Shown: piece after piece, positions 37,675 through 47,714 of the stretch
How positions within the stretch are numbered: position 1 is the first letter of the stretch
How the letters are laid out: every line of letters begins with the position of its first letter
DNA from: a virus
Taxonomy: Duplodnaviria > Caudoviricetes
DNA: 64,000 bases
Virus record (IMG/VR): IMGVR_UViG_3300033463_000076
Span: 16,113-80,112 of that record
Direction: 5' to 3' (one strand)
The notes under the pieces: model-generated
Told to the model about the DNA's origin: nothing
Database searches by the model: none
What the model saw: only the letters and a program-made list of their open reading frames with translations
Made by a program: the position numbers and the translations under genes

Positions 37675-37817
37675 AGCTCAATACTTTTTCAACAACTTAC
37701 CATCCTTATAACACCTTTCGCCAATCGGCCTTGAACCGTCGATACCGTAACCGCATCCTTCTGGAAAATCGCTGCCAGTCTCATGCCAACAGTGCTCACA
37801 TTTCATACAATCACGTC

Positions 37818-38489
37818 TCATGACTTGCCTCCTTTCTCTCTCCACTCCAAGAACTCTATCGTGGCCTTCGCATTTCCAAGGTCTTTTTCCTTGAACCAGC
37901 TGCCATCCTTACGCTGTACCCTTATCGTGTCACCTGCCTTACTGGCAAACTGAACCTCAACCTTACTGAAAAGCTCAGAGCCATCGATATCGCTCGTAAT
38001 GGTATTGTCACCCCAGTCATCACGAACAAAGTGAATCGGCTCCGACAGCTTCCACTTCCTGACCGTGACAGGGAAATAGAACGCCTGACTCGGTCCGGCT
38101 CCTTTACGTCCCCAGTCCATGAACTGGCGTACTACATCATCCTCGACCTTCTCGAACATACAGACGTGTGAATGAGTGAACGGACCACCACTGACAGACA
38201 GACTGATTTTGGCATACTCCTGGCTTACAAACGGTACATACGGATAATAGCAAACCTCTGCCACTCCGTTCTCCAACTTGCATATCAAGCCCTCATTGTA
38301 CTCACGCTTGCCGTTATAGAACGACCCACAGACCATATCACCGACCTGCGGAGTCTTAACGTTACGATGCCAGTAGTCAACGATATCGATATGACTCTGG
38401 GCGATCTCCAGCTCCTTCTCGGTAACTCCGAAATTGTGCTGATAGTCGTGATTCCACTCTACCAGCTGCTCTAACGTCAACTTATCCAT
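37818..38489 (-). CDS. DUF4121-like hypothetical protein
   Basis: PQVGDMV...VCYYPYVPFV...SVSGGPF...FMDWGRKGA resembles Bacteroidales mobile-element DUF4121 proteins. Confidence 0.55.
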   Translation of the reverse strand: MDKLTLEQLVEWNHDYQHNFGVTEKELEIAQSHIDIVDYWHRNVKTPQVGDMVCGSFYNGKREYNEGLICKLENGVAEVCYYPYVPFVSQEYAKISLSVSGGPFTHSHVCMFEKVEDDVVRQFMDWGRKGAGPSQAFYFPVTVRKWKLSEPIHFVRDDWGDNTITSDIDGSELFSKVEVQFASKAGDTIRVQRKDGSWFKEKDLGNAKATIEFLEWREKGGKS

Positions 38490-38494
38490 ATCCT

Positions 38495-38671
38495 CTACAA
38501 TCTACCGAAGTGGGCATCTGCTCCACGCTTCGCTGATAAACAACTCGGATAGCCAGTAGCGTGCGTTACCATACTTCCATCATCCTGCACGGTTCCAACG
38601 TGCCAGTCCGGACGTGCAAACCTCTTTCCTGCGTTTGCGTTCCAAATCGAATAACCTTTGTACTTAATCAT
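38495..38671 (-). CDS. Small hypothetical protein (TAAGAGCAATG-tagged), missing from the ORF track
   Basis: 58 aa MIKYKGYSIWNANAGKRFARPDWHVG... starting at the conserved tag. Confidence 0.6.
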   Translation of the reverse strand: MIKYKGYSIWNANAGKRFARPDWHVGTVQDDGSMVTHATGYPSCLSAKRGADAHFGRL

Positions 38672-38676
38672 TGCTC

Positions 38677-39141
38677 TTATTTCTTTAGCGTTTCCAAAAT
38701 AACCATATTCTCCTTACACTTGCTGACGATGAAGCGATACGACCAACCACCTTCCGAGAACTCCTCACGGAACTTCAGTCCCAGCTCTTTCAGCTTAGAA
38801 CGGACACCCTGCTTCTTCTCGTCCAACTTCCAAAGAGTATCGACACTCACACCAAATGACGTAGCCTGAATGCCAAACAGCGGCTTCAGGTACTGGTAGA
38901 GGTCGATGTACGTATTCTTAACCTCAGCGAACAGGCGCTGTGATATCCACTCCCACGTTACTTCTTTCTCCTTCGGGGTCTTCATCCACTTCGAATAGTA
39001 CTGACCGTCGCCACCCTCGAAGCCTGAAACCAAAATCTTAACGGCTTTCTGCGGTGTCGTCTCGTAGCACAGATCATCCACGAAGTCTATCACGAAACCT
39101 TCTGACTTGACTCTCTCGATTGTCTCTTTGCTGATATTCAT
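38677..39141 (-). CDS. Hypothetical protein
   Basis: 154 aa. Confidence 0.6.
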   Translation of the reverse strand: MNISKETIERVKSEGFVIDFVDDLCYETTPQKAVKILVSGFEGGDGQYYSKWMKTPKEKEVTWEWISQRLFAEVKNTYIDLYQYLKPLFGIQATSFGVSVDTLWKLDEKKQGVRSKLKELGLKFREEFSEGGWSYRFIVSKCKENMVILETLKK

Positions 39142-39145
39142 ATCT

Positions 39146-39382
39146 CTAACAGATTTCGAGGTTCTTCATTTCGTTCTCGTCGAAGGTGTAGCCCATCTTA
39201 GCCATTTCCTTCACTGCAGCTTTCTTGGCACCACTGGCTGTACTATAGATGCGACCCTTACCGATAGAAAACCAGTACTCGCCGTCCTGGATAGCAGTCA
39301 CCATTATCTCGTCTTTCTGTCCTCCGTTAAGCGAGAACTTTACCGACTTTCTTTCCGAATTGTTACACTTGATTGTTACCAT
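39146..39382 (-). CDS. Hypothetical early protein (TAAGAGCAATG-tagged)
   Basis: True start likely MVTIKCNN at 39382; the longer track start lies inside the promoter. Confidence 0.65.
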   Translation of the reverse strand: MVTIKCNNSERKSVKFSLNGGQKDEIMVTAIQDGEYWFSIGKGRIYSTASGAKKAAVKEMAKMGYTFDENEMKNLEIC

Positions 39383-39526
39383 TGCTCTTACTTCTTTTTG
39401 ATGTTTCTTAATGTTTTTATTTATGGTGTAAAGGTAGTAAAAAAACACGATATTTGCAATAGATACACTCTTTATTTTGTTAACGAAACTTTAGCAGCGG
39501 AAAGATTAACCTTTCATAACTTTAGC
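39380..39526 (-). repeat. Repeated early promoter/leader block, copy 5
   Basis: TACCTTTACA 39427-39436, CATTAAGAAAC 39403-39413. Confidence 0.8.
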
Positions 39527-39908
39527 GCTTCAAAGCCTCCTCGATAGCATCCGCAAAGAAGCCTACGAGATAGGCGTGAGGCTCGTCATTCGTCGGATCG
39601 ACACTGGCACCTATGAAGTCGTATATGGCATTGGCCGCGTGGTCTGACTCATGGGCTATCGTACCAGTAGTGACCAGCTTCGGCGTATGCAGCCACGTCA
39701 ACACTCCCTTCTGGCCATCACTGACTGCGATGACTGGGTCAAACGTAAGGGCTGCAGACGACTTTATCCTCGAGTCCCTAATCTCGATCTCCTCATGCTC
39801 GATATCTACGAACATATCCTTAACGTCTGCCTTGGTTCCGTTCTTCGCCACCCAGAACTTGAACGGATAAATCACGGGGTCAAACTCTAAAACTTCAAAC
39901 TTAGCCAT
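39522..39908 (-). CDS. HExxH-motif (zincin-like) phage protein
   Basis: TIAHESDHAA...DEPHAYLVG. Confidence 0.65.
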   Translation of the reverse strand: MAKFEVLEFDPVIYPFKFWVAKNGTKADVKDMFVDIEHEEIEIRDSRIKSSAALTFDPVIAVSDGQKGVLTWLHTPKLVTTGTIAHESDHAANAIYDFIGASVDPTNDEPHAYLVGFFADAIEEALKR

Positions 39909-40055
39909 AGCTGGAACTCTTTTATATTTCTCATAACTCGTGTAGCGGCAATCGACTTATATAGTTGGTGGGTTGCGCTGGTAAACTCGAAATTTGCGGC
40001 AAGTAGCGAATCGGGGTTATCCCTCAGATACTGCCGATACTCTCTATCATATTGC

Positions 40056-40391
40056 TTAATACACTTCATCTTCAAACAGCTTTAACGACTTATCCTTATC
40101 TGCCTTCGTCTGCATCCTCGACTTCCTGTGATGCTCTGCGTCGTATCTGAGGTGACACGACTGACACAATGCCCTCAGATTCTCAGGCCTGCAGTCCTCT
40201 GGAACATGATTAAGGTGGGCTATCGTCAGCACCACCCTAACCATCTTCCTCGTCTTCTCGTTGAAATAGAACGTGTGGTTTCTGCGACCACAGAACTCAC
40301 AGCAGTCATTCGCCCGCTTCAGGATAGCCGGTCGTATCTCCGACTTCCAGTTCTTCGGGTAACGGGCTTTGTTCTCAGGCTTTATCGGCAT
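40056..40391 (-). CDS. HNH-like endonuclease
   Basis: MPIKPENKARYP...CEFC...LTIAHLNH..ENLRALCQSCHLRYD. Confidence 0.85.
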   Translation of the reverse strand: MPIKPENKARYPKNWKSEIRPAILKRANDCCEFCGRRNHTFYFNEKTRKMVRVVLTIAHLNHVPEDCRPENLRALCQSCHLRYDAEHHRKSRMQTKADKDKSLKLFEDEVY

Positions 40392-40392
40392 A

Positions 40393-40644
40393 TCAATACG
40401 GGTTCGTGTTAATAACCAGGAAATGCTTATAAATCGGGTCTTCTCCATAATCGCCACCGTCTCGTTCTCCAGTCTCTGGGTTTATCTCTTTCTTAGCCCA
40501 GCCGACGATCTCCTGACGATAGCACAAATCCTTATCCGTGACAGGGTGGCAATTCTCAGCCTTGACAGCCGTATTGAACACTATCTGCGTATTATCAGGC
40601 ATATTCTGAAATACACGATTCTCTAACAATTCCTTCTTTGTCAT
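40393..40644 (-). CDS. Hypothetical protein
   Basis: 83 aa. Confidence 0.5.
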   Translation of the reverse strand: MTKKELLENRVFQNMPDNTQIVFNTAVKAENCHPVTDKDLCYRQEIVGWAKKEINPETGERDGGDYGEDPIYKHFLVINTNPY

Positions 40645-41237
40645 TTTCTTATCGGGTTTATATATGGACCACCATACATCATATACTCCAGCACCTCCTT
40701 CAAATTCAGGTTGTAATCCGTCGTTACATCACAGACACTGGTCTTAAATATTTCCTCCCACGGTTTCTGATCCTTCGGAACTGCAATAGGGATAGAGAAT
40801 AACAGACGTAACGGCATATTTGATGAAGGCTCAAGGAGCGTACACTTGAAACACTTACTCTCAATAATCAGCTTAGATATATCTTTACCAAACTGAAACA
40901 TCGAACGCTCGAGAAAATCCTTGAATATCATTACAGCCGTTTCTTCTATATTCATGTCACACTTGCTATACTGCTTCAAATCTAAATATATGTCACTAAA
41001 TGATACACCGAATTTCTGTTCTAACGTTCTAATCTCAAACTCCTGACGTGGTGGCATTGGAGTCGGTGCGAACTTAGCATAATAAACACTACGGTCTGCC
41101 TTTTCTGCAGCCTTCAACATTTGCTTTGCAGCTATCTTTCTGACAAAGCCAGTGATATCTCCGTTGCCCATATCCGGACCGTCCAAGATACAGCCAACAG
41201 AGTATATCACGAACAGGAAAATAACCAGTGCTACCAT
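40641..41237 (-). CDS. Hypothetical protein with an N-terminal hydrophobic anchor
   Basis: MVALVIFLFVIYSVGC N-terminus. Confidence 0.55.
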   Translation of the reverse strand: MVALVIFLFVIYSVGCILDGPDMGNGDITGFVRKIAAKQMLKAAEKADRSVYYAKFAPTPMPPRQEFEIRTLEQKFGVSFSDIYLDLKQYSKCDMNIEETAVMIFKDFLERSMFQFGKDISKLIIESKCFKCTLLEPSSNMPLRLLFSIPIAVPKDQKPWEEIFKTSVCDVTTDYNLNLKEVLEYMMYGGPYINPIRK

Positions 41238-41240
41238 AAC

Positions 41241-42437
41241 TCAGAACTTTCTCGTTTCCTTTGCCTTGAAATTGTACACTGGCTTGATAACCTCAAGCAC
41301 CTCCACCGTAGGCTCTATGCAGTCGATAATCTCCTGCATCGGCTTATAGACCATAGGACTCTCGTCGAGGGTTTCAGGACAGACGGACGTAGAATACACA
41401 TCCTTCATTTCTGACTTGAACTGCTCTACATCGAGCGTCTGGAAGGCTTTCTTTCGGCTCATTAAGCGTCCAGCTCCGTGCGGTGCAGAATACAGCCAAT
41501 CAGGATTGCCCTTACCGACACAAATCAGCGAACCGTCGCGCATATTCATCGGGATAATCAGACGCTCACCTCTCATAGCCCTCACGGCACCCTTACGGAC
41601 TGTCAGGCGGTTCATGCTGTTGTCGATGTAGTTATGCACCGTCTGGAACATATCGTATGCGTGGAGTTCCATCTTCTTACAGATCGTTCTCATTATCACA
41701 TGACGATTCAGCTCTGCATACTTCTGAGCAATCATCATATCATTGATATAGTCGGCAATCCACTCAGGACCGATGCCGGCCAAATCACCATCGACTGACG
41801 GAATTTTCAACTTCTGCAGCTCGCTCTGGATATCCTTCTGACGTCCTTCCTTCTTCAGTCTGTCAATCAATTCCTGCCTCTGCTTTTCATCGATCTTCTT
41901 CGCTATGCCACAAGCAGCCTCAATTCCTTTCTGCTGATAATACTCACAGATACGGACACCGAGGTTACGGCTTCCTGAATGGATGACGATATAGAAACGG
42001 CCGTCCTTATCCACGTTCGCCTCGATGAAGTGGTTACCACCACCCAGCGTACCGAGCGAACGATAATCGTTATCGATATTGATAATCGACTTCGCTTTCA
42101 GGAACAGCAGTTCCGGCATCTGCTCTATGGCCTCCTTATGGATATTGAACCCAGACGGAACGAACTCGTTAATCACTTCGTCGAGCTTCTTCAGATCGAC
42201 CTCAGCGTGCTCGAAGTTGGCTACGAGCATACCACATCCGATATCCACTCCTACGGTGTTCGGCACTACCTGGTCTTTCAGTTCGATGACCGTCCCGATA
42301 GTACAGCCTTTCCCCGCATGGCAGTCAGGCATAACTCTAATCTTGCAATCCTTATAGGCATCGCACTCACTCATTTTCTCAATCTGCCAAGTGGCTTCAT
42401 CTTCCACCGTCTTAGCGAAAATCTTAACTCTTTCCAT
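41241..42437 (-). CDS. rtcB: RtcB family RNA ligase
   Basis: MPDCHAGKG, GVDIGCG, GTLGGGNHF, HSGSR, HNY and HGAGR motifs all present. Confidence 0.95.
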   Translation of the reverse strand: MERVKIFAKTVEDEATWQIEKMSECDAYKDCKIRVMPDCHAGKGCTIGTVIELKDQVVPNTVGVDIGCGMLVANFEHAEVDLKKLDEVINEFVPSGFNIHKEAIEQMPELLFLKAKSIINIDNDYRSLGTLGGGNHFIEANVDKDGRFYIVIHSGSRNLGVRICEYYQQKGIEAACGIAKKIDEKQRQELIDRLKKEGRQKDIQSELQKLKIPSVDGDLAGIGPEWIADYINDMMIAQKYAELNRHVIMRTICKKMELHAYDMFQTVHNYIDNSMNRLTVRKGAVRAMRGERLIIPMNMRDGSLICVGKGNPDWLYSAPHGAGRLMSRKKAFQTLDVEQFKSEMKDVYSTSVCPETLDESPMVYKPMQEIIDCIEPTVEVLEVIKPVYNFKAKETRKF

Positions 42438-42615
42438 TGCTATTATTCTTACGTTTAACGTGTTCTCTTCTCTTTACTCTTGCTGACAGGCTCTGGTTCT
42501 TATTCCATCCCTTCGGCACAAGCATGAAATCCTCATTGAACGGAACAGGAACAGGGCGTATCATATCCGCTGCATCCTTGCAAAACTCCTTCAAGAACTT
42601 CTTCAGATCGCTCAT
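42424..42615 (-). CDS. Small hypothetical protein
   Basis: 63 aa. Confidence 0.45.
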   Translation of the reverse strand: MSDLKKFLKEFCKDAADMIRPVPVPFNEDFMLVPKGWNKNQSLSARVKRREHVKRKNNSNGKS

Positions 42616-42618
42616 ACT

Positions 42619-42828
42619 CTATTCATGTTTACATTCAATACTATCATCATCAACCTGGCCACCATAATGCTTGCACATCTGGCAAGCAATAGAGCCGACC
42701 ATCATCTTACCACCGCCGAACATCGGCCGTTCTCCGTGCGGACATGGATTCGTGAAATAATTCACAGGCCCAGCCATTCCGCAAATGACTTCGCTTTCCG
42801 CTTTAAGGACTGCCATACGCTTCCACAA
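42619..42828 (-). CDS. Small Cys-rich protein
   Basis: CPHG...VGSIACQMCKHY; similar pattern to the 42762 ORF. Confidence 0.5.
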   Translation of the reverse strand: MWKRMAVLKAESEVICGMAGPVNYFTNPCPHGERPMFGGGKMMVGSIACQMCKHYGGQVDDDSIECKHE

Positions 42829-43046
42829 TTACATTTGATAAACATCTGCTTCGACGGATCACTCTCTACGTAACCGCCGAAGTGCATACACTTCTCACAA
42901 TCTCTGCTTCCGACAAACACGGGCAATATCATTTCCTTCTTGAAGGCCTCGACGAAAGTCTTCTGCATCTTACCGTACGGACACTTGGCGATAACTCTGT
43001 AGCTTTTCTCCTTGACGTCCGTCTTTTTTACTTCTAACTTTGCCAT
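42762..43046 (-). CDS. Small Cys-rich protein
   Basis: CPYG...VGSRDCEKCMHF. Confidence 0.55.
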   Translation of the reverse strand: MAKLEVKKTDVKEKSYRVIAKCPYGKMQKTFVEAFKKEMILPVFVGSRDCEKCMHFGGYVESDPSKQMFIKCNCGSVWQSLKRKAKSFAEWLGL

Positions 43047-43204
43047 ATTCTCTGATTAAATCTCTGATAACAACCACTTTCATCAGCCAGCAGTACTTCG
43101 GGTCGTCGAATCTGAATCATCTGTACACTGCATTCTTTCGACTTGACATCTGCTGACAGAACGGACAATACTTCCGATTACATTTCTTGGCTAATTCTCC
43201 CATA

Positions 43205-43657
43205 TCACTTACATCTTGAACGAATACGATTCCAAAAGTTCTTCGGCTTGAAGTTACGGCGCTTATCGTACTTAGCGAGTTTCTGACGGTAGGGTATCGG
43301 CTCCTCCTTCGGCTGCTCGATAGGCTCCAAGAACCTGATATCAGGGATATCGATTTCCTTCAACTCGAACCTTACGGGTGGTATGTAGTAGGGCTGTGGC
43401 AGAACAACGACTACCTCCTCCGATTCATCATTGAAGTACTCCAGACGATTCTCGATGCCATTCAGCCAAGCCTCTTTCGTTACCATACCAGGGAACCACT
43501 CTTCGCCGATTCTGATCAAGTCGTCGAAACCATGGCCAATCTCCTTCTTTCCACACTCGTCAAAAGTATAGATGAAGCCAACAAGGCCACTCAGCAGCTC
43601 CTCTCGTCTCTCAGGCGAACAATCTGCCAACTCCTTACGAACATCCGCTACCGTCAT
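43205..43657 (-). CDS. Hypothetical protein
   Basis: 150 aa. Confidence 0.55.
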   Translation of the reverse strand: MTVADVRKELADCSPERREELLSGLVGFIYTFDECGKKEIGHGFDDLIRIGEEWFPGMVTKEAWLNGIENRLEYFNDESEEVVVVLPQPYYIPPVRFELKEIDIPDIRFLEPIEQPKEEPIPYRQKLAKYDKRRNFKPKNFWNRIRSRCK

Positions 43658-43971
43658 TCTCCTTTCAGCTTCTTTTCAAACATAATCTTCAAGGCTTCCT
43701 CGTCACGTCCCATCTTCATCATCATTTCGGCTACGTTAGTATCGAAATCACCGCTTTGGACGGCTATCAATGCAATCAGCGCCAAATGCTTAATCTGGTC
43801 TGACTGGATGGCAGTCACCTCAATCACCTTCTCGAGCATACCTTCCTGACTGAAGCCACGCTCTTTCATTCCACGAAGTCCTATCATGTACTTCTGGGAC
43901 CTCTCCATCATCGTCAGGATGTACTTAATCAGTCCCTTCTTGTCTTTCAGCAGTTCTGCAATATCATTCAT
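43654..43971 (-). CDS. Hypothetical protein
   Basis: 105 aa. Confidence 0.55.
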   Translation of the reverse strand: MNDIAELLKDKKGLIKYILTMMERSQKYMIGLRGMKERGFSQEGMLEKVIEVTAIQSDQIKHLALIALIAVQSGDFDTNVAEMMMKMGRDEEALKIMFEKKLKGE

Positions 43972-44615
43972 TTCTCTATCAGTTTATAGTCAAACACCCA
44001 TACCCAGGGATTACTCTCCCACGTTCCTTTTCCACAGACAGCGTTTATCAGTCCTGCGAAAGCGTCTCTTGCATTCGAGTAAACGATATGCTCAATCCTT
44101 TTCTTCGATATCACGAGGTAGGCGAAATCTCCAATCTCTCCAGTCTTGACATCCTGAGCCTGAATAGGAGCGTGAACAATACCCTCACGCATGATATCCT
44201 CGTCCGTGATATCCTGCAGCCGTTCAAAACGTACGTCCGTGACCTCCACGAAGTGCTTCATTAGGTCTGCCTTGACGAACATCTTGTTACTCCAGCCCTC
44301 TTCGCTTCCCAGACCGTCCTCATGACCGGCAGGGCAGTACATCGGATCATAGCCGAGACGCTTGTAACTCTCAGCTATGGCCACAACCTCACCGACCATG
44401 TACGGCGGTCTCATTACACCGTGTGCATCGTCGCCGTAGATATACTCCATATAACCCTTGAAATGACCTTCCTTAATCAGTCCTACGGGTCGTACGAAAT
44501 TATCCTCTATGCCTTTGGCGAGGCGACTCGTCCGCGTCTTCAGACGTTTCAGAGTCAGCCACGTCAAACCGCGCTTGTCATCAAACAGATATTTCTTCAT
44601 CTTAGTACTTTCCAC
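43968..44615 (-). CDS. ASCH/PUA-like phage protein
   Basis: LKTRTSR...NKMFVKADLMKHFVEVTDVRFERLQDITDEDIMREG...WESNPWVWV, a widespread ASCH-related phage family. Confidence 0.7.
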   Translation of the reverse strand: MESTKMKKYLFDDKRGLTWLTLKRLKTRTSRLAKGIEDNFVRPVGLIKEGHFKGYMEYIYGDDAHGVMRPPYMVGEVVAIAESYKRLGYDPMYCPAGHEDGLGSEEGWSNKMFVKADLMKHFVEVTDVRFERLQDITDEDIMREGIVHAPIQAQDVKTGEIGDFAYLVISKKRIEHIVYSNARDAFAGLINAVCGKGTWESNPWVWVFDYKLIEK

Positions 44616-45171
44616 AAACCTTATCGTAAATCTGATGACTCAGCTCAATGTCATAGAAGGCATCGTGCAGCTTCTCCTCTTCGACCTTGACACCCAGGGC
44701 CTCCGCTACCGACGACTGCTTGAAGTCCTTCATCTGCGAACGCTTGTCAACGAGATACGGAGTGGCCAGCACGATACAATCGAGGTAGTTCGACCAAAAG
44801 TAACTGCCAAACCACTTCTCACCACAACGGGCAAACCACGCTCTCAGGAACTGGTTGTCGAACGGACCGATATTGAAACCGCACAGGTAGAACTTATCAG
44901 CCTTATCGTACTTGCTGATGTACTTCTCCAGCATCATCTTGAACTTCTGGAACTGAACCATGTGGCTTGTATAGCCAGCAATCTGCTCACGGGTCACACC
45001 GCTTACCCTCAGCGCTTCATCCGTGATTTCAGCACCATCATGCGGACGCAGCTTCAGGTTGAACGTCTCTTTTACCTCTCCATCGATCACCACCTTACCG
45101 GACAGCTGATGGATTGCACTCTTCTGACTGTCGAGACCTGTAGTCTCTACGTCGTAAATCAAAATCTTCAT
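44602..45171 (-). CDS. DnaQ-like 3'-5' exonuclease
   Basis: YDVETTG, GFNIGPFD and HDAFYDI DEDDh motifs. Confidence 0.9.
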   Translation of the reverse strand: MKILIYDVETTGLDSQKSAIHQLSGKVVIDGEVKETFNLKLRPHDGAEITDEALRVSGVTREQIAGYTSHMVQFQKFKMMLEKYISKYDKADKFYLCGFNIGPFDNQFLRAWFARCGEKWFGSYFWSNYLDCIVLATPYLVDKRSQMKDFKQSSVAEALGVKVEEEKLHDAFYDIELSHQIYDKVCGKY

Positions 45172-45175
45172 ATCT

Positions 45176-45814
45176 TTATGCTTTAGGGGTTAATAACTTC
45201 TTCTCATTCTCACAGAACTGGACGTTATGTATCAGCGTCATCACGTCACCGTAGGCATCGTGCTTGACCTGATTGCCGACAGGCGGTATCAACGAATACG
45301 GCTTTTCTACCTCGGGGTGGAACTGTCTCATGTGCTCCAGTATGAACGTGCGGCTGTCCCTCACCTCGTCATGTTTCCAAGGCATCGCCTCAATCTCACC
45401 CTTCGACCTCTTTTCACCGAACACCACAATATAGGCGTTCTTCAGGATCGGGCCGTCGAAGTCGGTGCCCTGCATCCATACCCTCACGCCGTCCGCATTG
45501 TGTTCAGACTTCCAAATCTCAAAGGCCTGATTCAGTTCAAACAGCGCCTCCCTCAGTGGAACCGAGTTTCCTTCGAGGAACGGCTTCTTTGCCTCGTCGC
45601 TCTGCTCACTCCACCACTTGATAGTTCCCTCAGCGAAATCCAGTCCATACATCGCACAACTGCTTGCATCGACCGTCGTAAAGAACGGTTCACCCTCAAC
45701 CGGCTTGCCATACCCGTCCAAGTCGAACGGGCTGGCAGCGATTGACATGATTGCGGCTGTCGGCCTGAGTGACAGCGTCTCGATATCGATTGCAATATCC
45801 AAAATCTTCTTCAT
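45176..45814 (-). CDS. 3'-5' exonuclease (Rv2179c/DUF5051-like)
   Basis: IDIETL, QGTDFD, RDSRT and HDAYGD motifs. Confidence 0.85.
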   Translation of the reverse strand: MKKILDIAIDIETLSLRPTAAIMSIAASPFDLDGYGKPVEGEPFFTTVDASSCAMYGLDFAEGTIKWWSEQSDEAKKPFLEGNSVPLREALFELNQAFEIWKSEHNADGVRVWMQGTDFDGPILKNAYIVVFGEKRSKGEIEAMPWKHDEVRDSRTFILEHMRQFHPEVEKPYSLIPPVGNQVKHDAYGDVMTLIHNVQFCENEKKLLTPKA

Positions 45815-45818
45815 GGCC

Positions 45819-46418
45819 TCAGAACTTTCCTACGTAATCAACCCAGATATCCTTAAACTGCTTCCCAGAGTAGTCCGCCAACGCTTCGCTTTTATAAGCA
45901 AGGCGGGAGCCGGAGGACGCATCCGGATACGACCAAGCGTTAGACGAGGAGACGCACCCGAGACCCGCAGCCGAGCCGTTATTCGCATCCGCGCCCACGA
46001 GACCCAACTTCTGCTTCTTCTCCTCGGTCATTTCCTCGATCTCCTCCTTCGTGTAATAGCGGAACCAGGGGAACCAGCGGTATTCGTCATCAGTAAACTT
46101 CGGCTTCCAGCCTTCGTTCAGGGCTGCTGTGATGATACACAGCTTCATGAAAGCCACGATACCACTCGTCTTTATGTTCTCAGCATTCGACTCGTAATCT
46201 GCCAACATGGTACCAGCGTCATCGTCACCACGCTCTGCTCTGGCGCCTAACACCTTGCAGGCATCCTCGAACGTCTTCACTCTCTCCGTGATAGGCAGCA
46301 GACAATCCAGCACTCCGTCGTTATCAGCCTCGATATCGAACTCTGACAACAGACCCTTCACTTTCTCTCCGAAATCCTGTGCCACATCATCGGGCACATT
46401 CAACATAATCTGTTTCAT
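45819..46418 (-). CDS. Conserved Bacteroidales phage protein
   Basis: RVKTFEDAC...ALNEGWKPKF...RWFPWF...SGSRLAYKS pattern. Confidence 0.7.
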   Translation of the reverse strand: MKQIMLNVPDDVAQDFGEKVKGLLSEFDIEADNDGVLDCLLPITERVKTFEDACKVLGARAERGDDDAGTMLADYESNAENIKTSGIVAFMKLCIITAALNEGWKPKFTDDEYRWFPWFRYYTKEEIEEMTEEKKQKLGLVGADANNGSAAGLGCVSSSNAWSYPDASSGSRLAYKSEALADYSGKQFKDIWVDYVGKF

Positions 46419-46421
46419 ATC

Positions 46422-47489
46422 TTACGACTTTAAATGGTGTAACTTCTCATTGAACTTCTTCGAGGTCTTCAGGATATCCTCAAAGCCTTTCTTCAGCAGT
46501 ACCAGCTCCTCGGCTTCATCCATATCATCCTCGAGGTATAGCGTAACGTCCTGTGGCGTGTATGCAGCCTGCTCGAACAGACTGACCAGCAGCGTCTCGA
46601 AATGGAGTCCGTCGCCCTCGATTTTAAGACTGTCATGTACCCTGTCAAGCAGCTCGGGATCACGTCTCACCTCTCTGTCCTGATAGGTGGTAAGGTGTCC
46701 TTCGTCATTGACAACTACGTTGAAGAGCCACATACAGTCAGTACCTCCACCGTCATCCACACAGGCCATCTTGCCCTCGGTTCCCTCTTCGTTCACCCAA
46801 TAGACGATGCAGTAGTCAGTGTAGTCGCTGTGGTCGAACACCAGCGTATCACCGACCTTCAGTTTCTGGACGTCCTTCTTCCTTACCTCCGTCTTATAGA
46901 ACAGGTCGAGTCCGGCTGCAGCCAGTGCGGCACCACGCTCCACATCCCGCTTGAAATCCTTCGGCTTGTAGAACTCCTTTTCAAACGGCCACTCGCTTAC
47001 CGAATCACCCTTACGGCCCAGCGCACTCATTAGGTACGATATCGCAGCCTCGATCAGTTCCTTCGGATCGTTCTGTTCGTCATGCTGCTCGTCGTAGCCC
47101 TCGCCGATGACCTGACGCTGGCGCTCTCTCTTGATAGCCTCCACTCCTGGACTGAAATACTTCTCCTTCTCCTGAATGTGGTTGGCTATGGCCTCCGCTA
47201 TCCTCATAGCCTCCTGCACTATGGCCTCCTCGTTTGGGTAAATCATCTGATTCACTCTCGGGTTGCCTTGAATGGACTGCATCTGACGGGCTGCTACACC
47301 AGGCAGCACGGCCATCAGTGCCTTGTGCTTGATTTCCTCCCAGTCAGGGGCGAACGGAATCTTAAACAACTCTGTCGGCCATATCGGGCCGTTCTTCTCC
47401 AACTGGAAGCCACACAGCCTACCAGTCTGACCGTCCACGACAGGGAATGCGTCGATCTCTGTTCGTGTCACTAAATCGAATACTCTCAT
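46422..47489 (-). CDS. Multidomain phage protein
   Basis: Internal ERQRQ..EGY..HD..EL..AA..Y..WP..KP domain, common in phages. Confidence 0.6.
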   Translation of the reverse strand: MRVFDLVTRTEIDAFPVVDGQTGRLCGFQLEKNGPIWPTELFKIPFAPDWEEIKHKALMAVLPGVAARQMQSIQGNPRVNQMIYPNEEAIVQEAMRIAEAIANHIQEKEKYFSPGVEAIKRERQRQVIGEGYDEQHDEQNDPKELIEAAISYLMSALGRKGDSVSEWPFEKEFYKPKDFKRDVERGAALAAAGLDLFYKTEVRKKDVQKLKVGDTLVFDHSDYTDYCIVYWVNEEGTEGKMACVDDGGGTDCMWLFNVVVNDEGHLTTYQDREVRRDPELLDRVHDSLKIEGDGLHFETLLVSLFEQAAYTPQDVTLYLEDDMDEAEELVLLKKGFEDILKTSKKFNEKLHHLKS

Positions 47490-47492
47490 AAC

Positions 47493-47711
47493 TTAACTAT
47501 TTTGATTAGACAATTTCCTTTCCAGCCACTCGTCACGTTCCTCACGTGCATCCTTCAGCGTCTTGACAACCGTGCTGAACAGATCGCCGTCAGTGTGTCG
47601 GTAGTCGTACTGATATCTCGTTATCACCTTTCGGCCAACTCTCGTCTTGAACTTCTCATACTGCTCCTGACCTATCGGACAGGTACTGCAGCCGTTAACA
47701 TCTGTTTTCAT
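47493..47711 (-). CDS. DUF3873-like small protein
   Basis: NGCSTCPIGQEQYEKF...YQYDYRHTDGDLFS...ERDEWL. Confidence 0.7.
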   Translation of the reverse strand: MKTDVNGCSTCPIGQEQYEKFKTRVGRKVITRYQYDYRHTDGDLFSTVVKTLKDAREERDEWLERKLSNQNS

Positions 47712-47714
47712 ATC

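Noticed and set aside
34350-39448. Assignment of small acidic early proteins as anti-CRISPR / anti-restriction proteins
   Set aside because: Size and position are suggestive, but none matches a family I recognise, and no aca-like HTH gene is adjacent.
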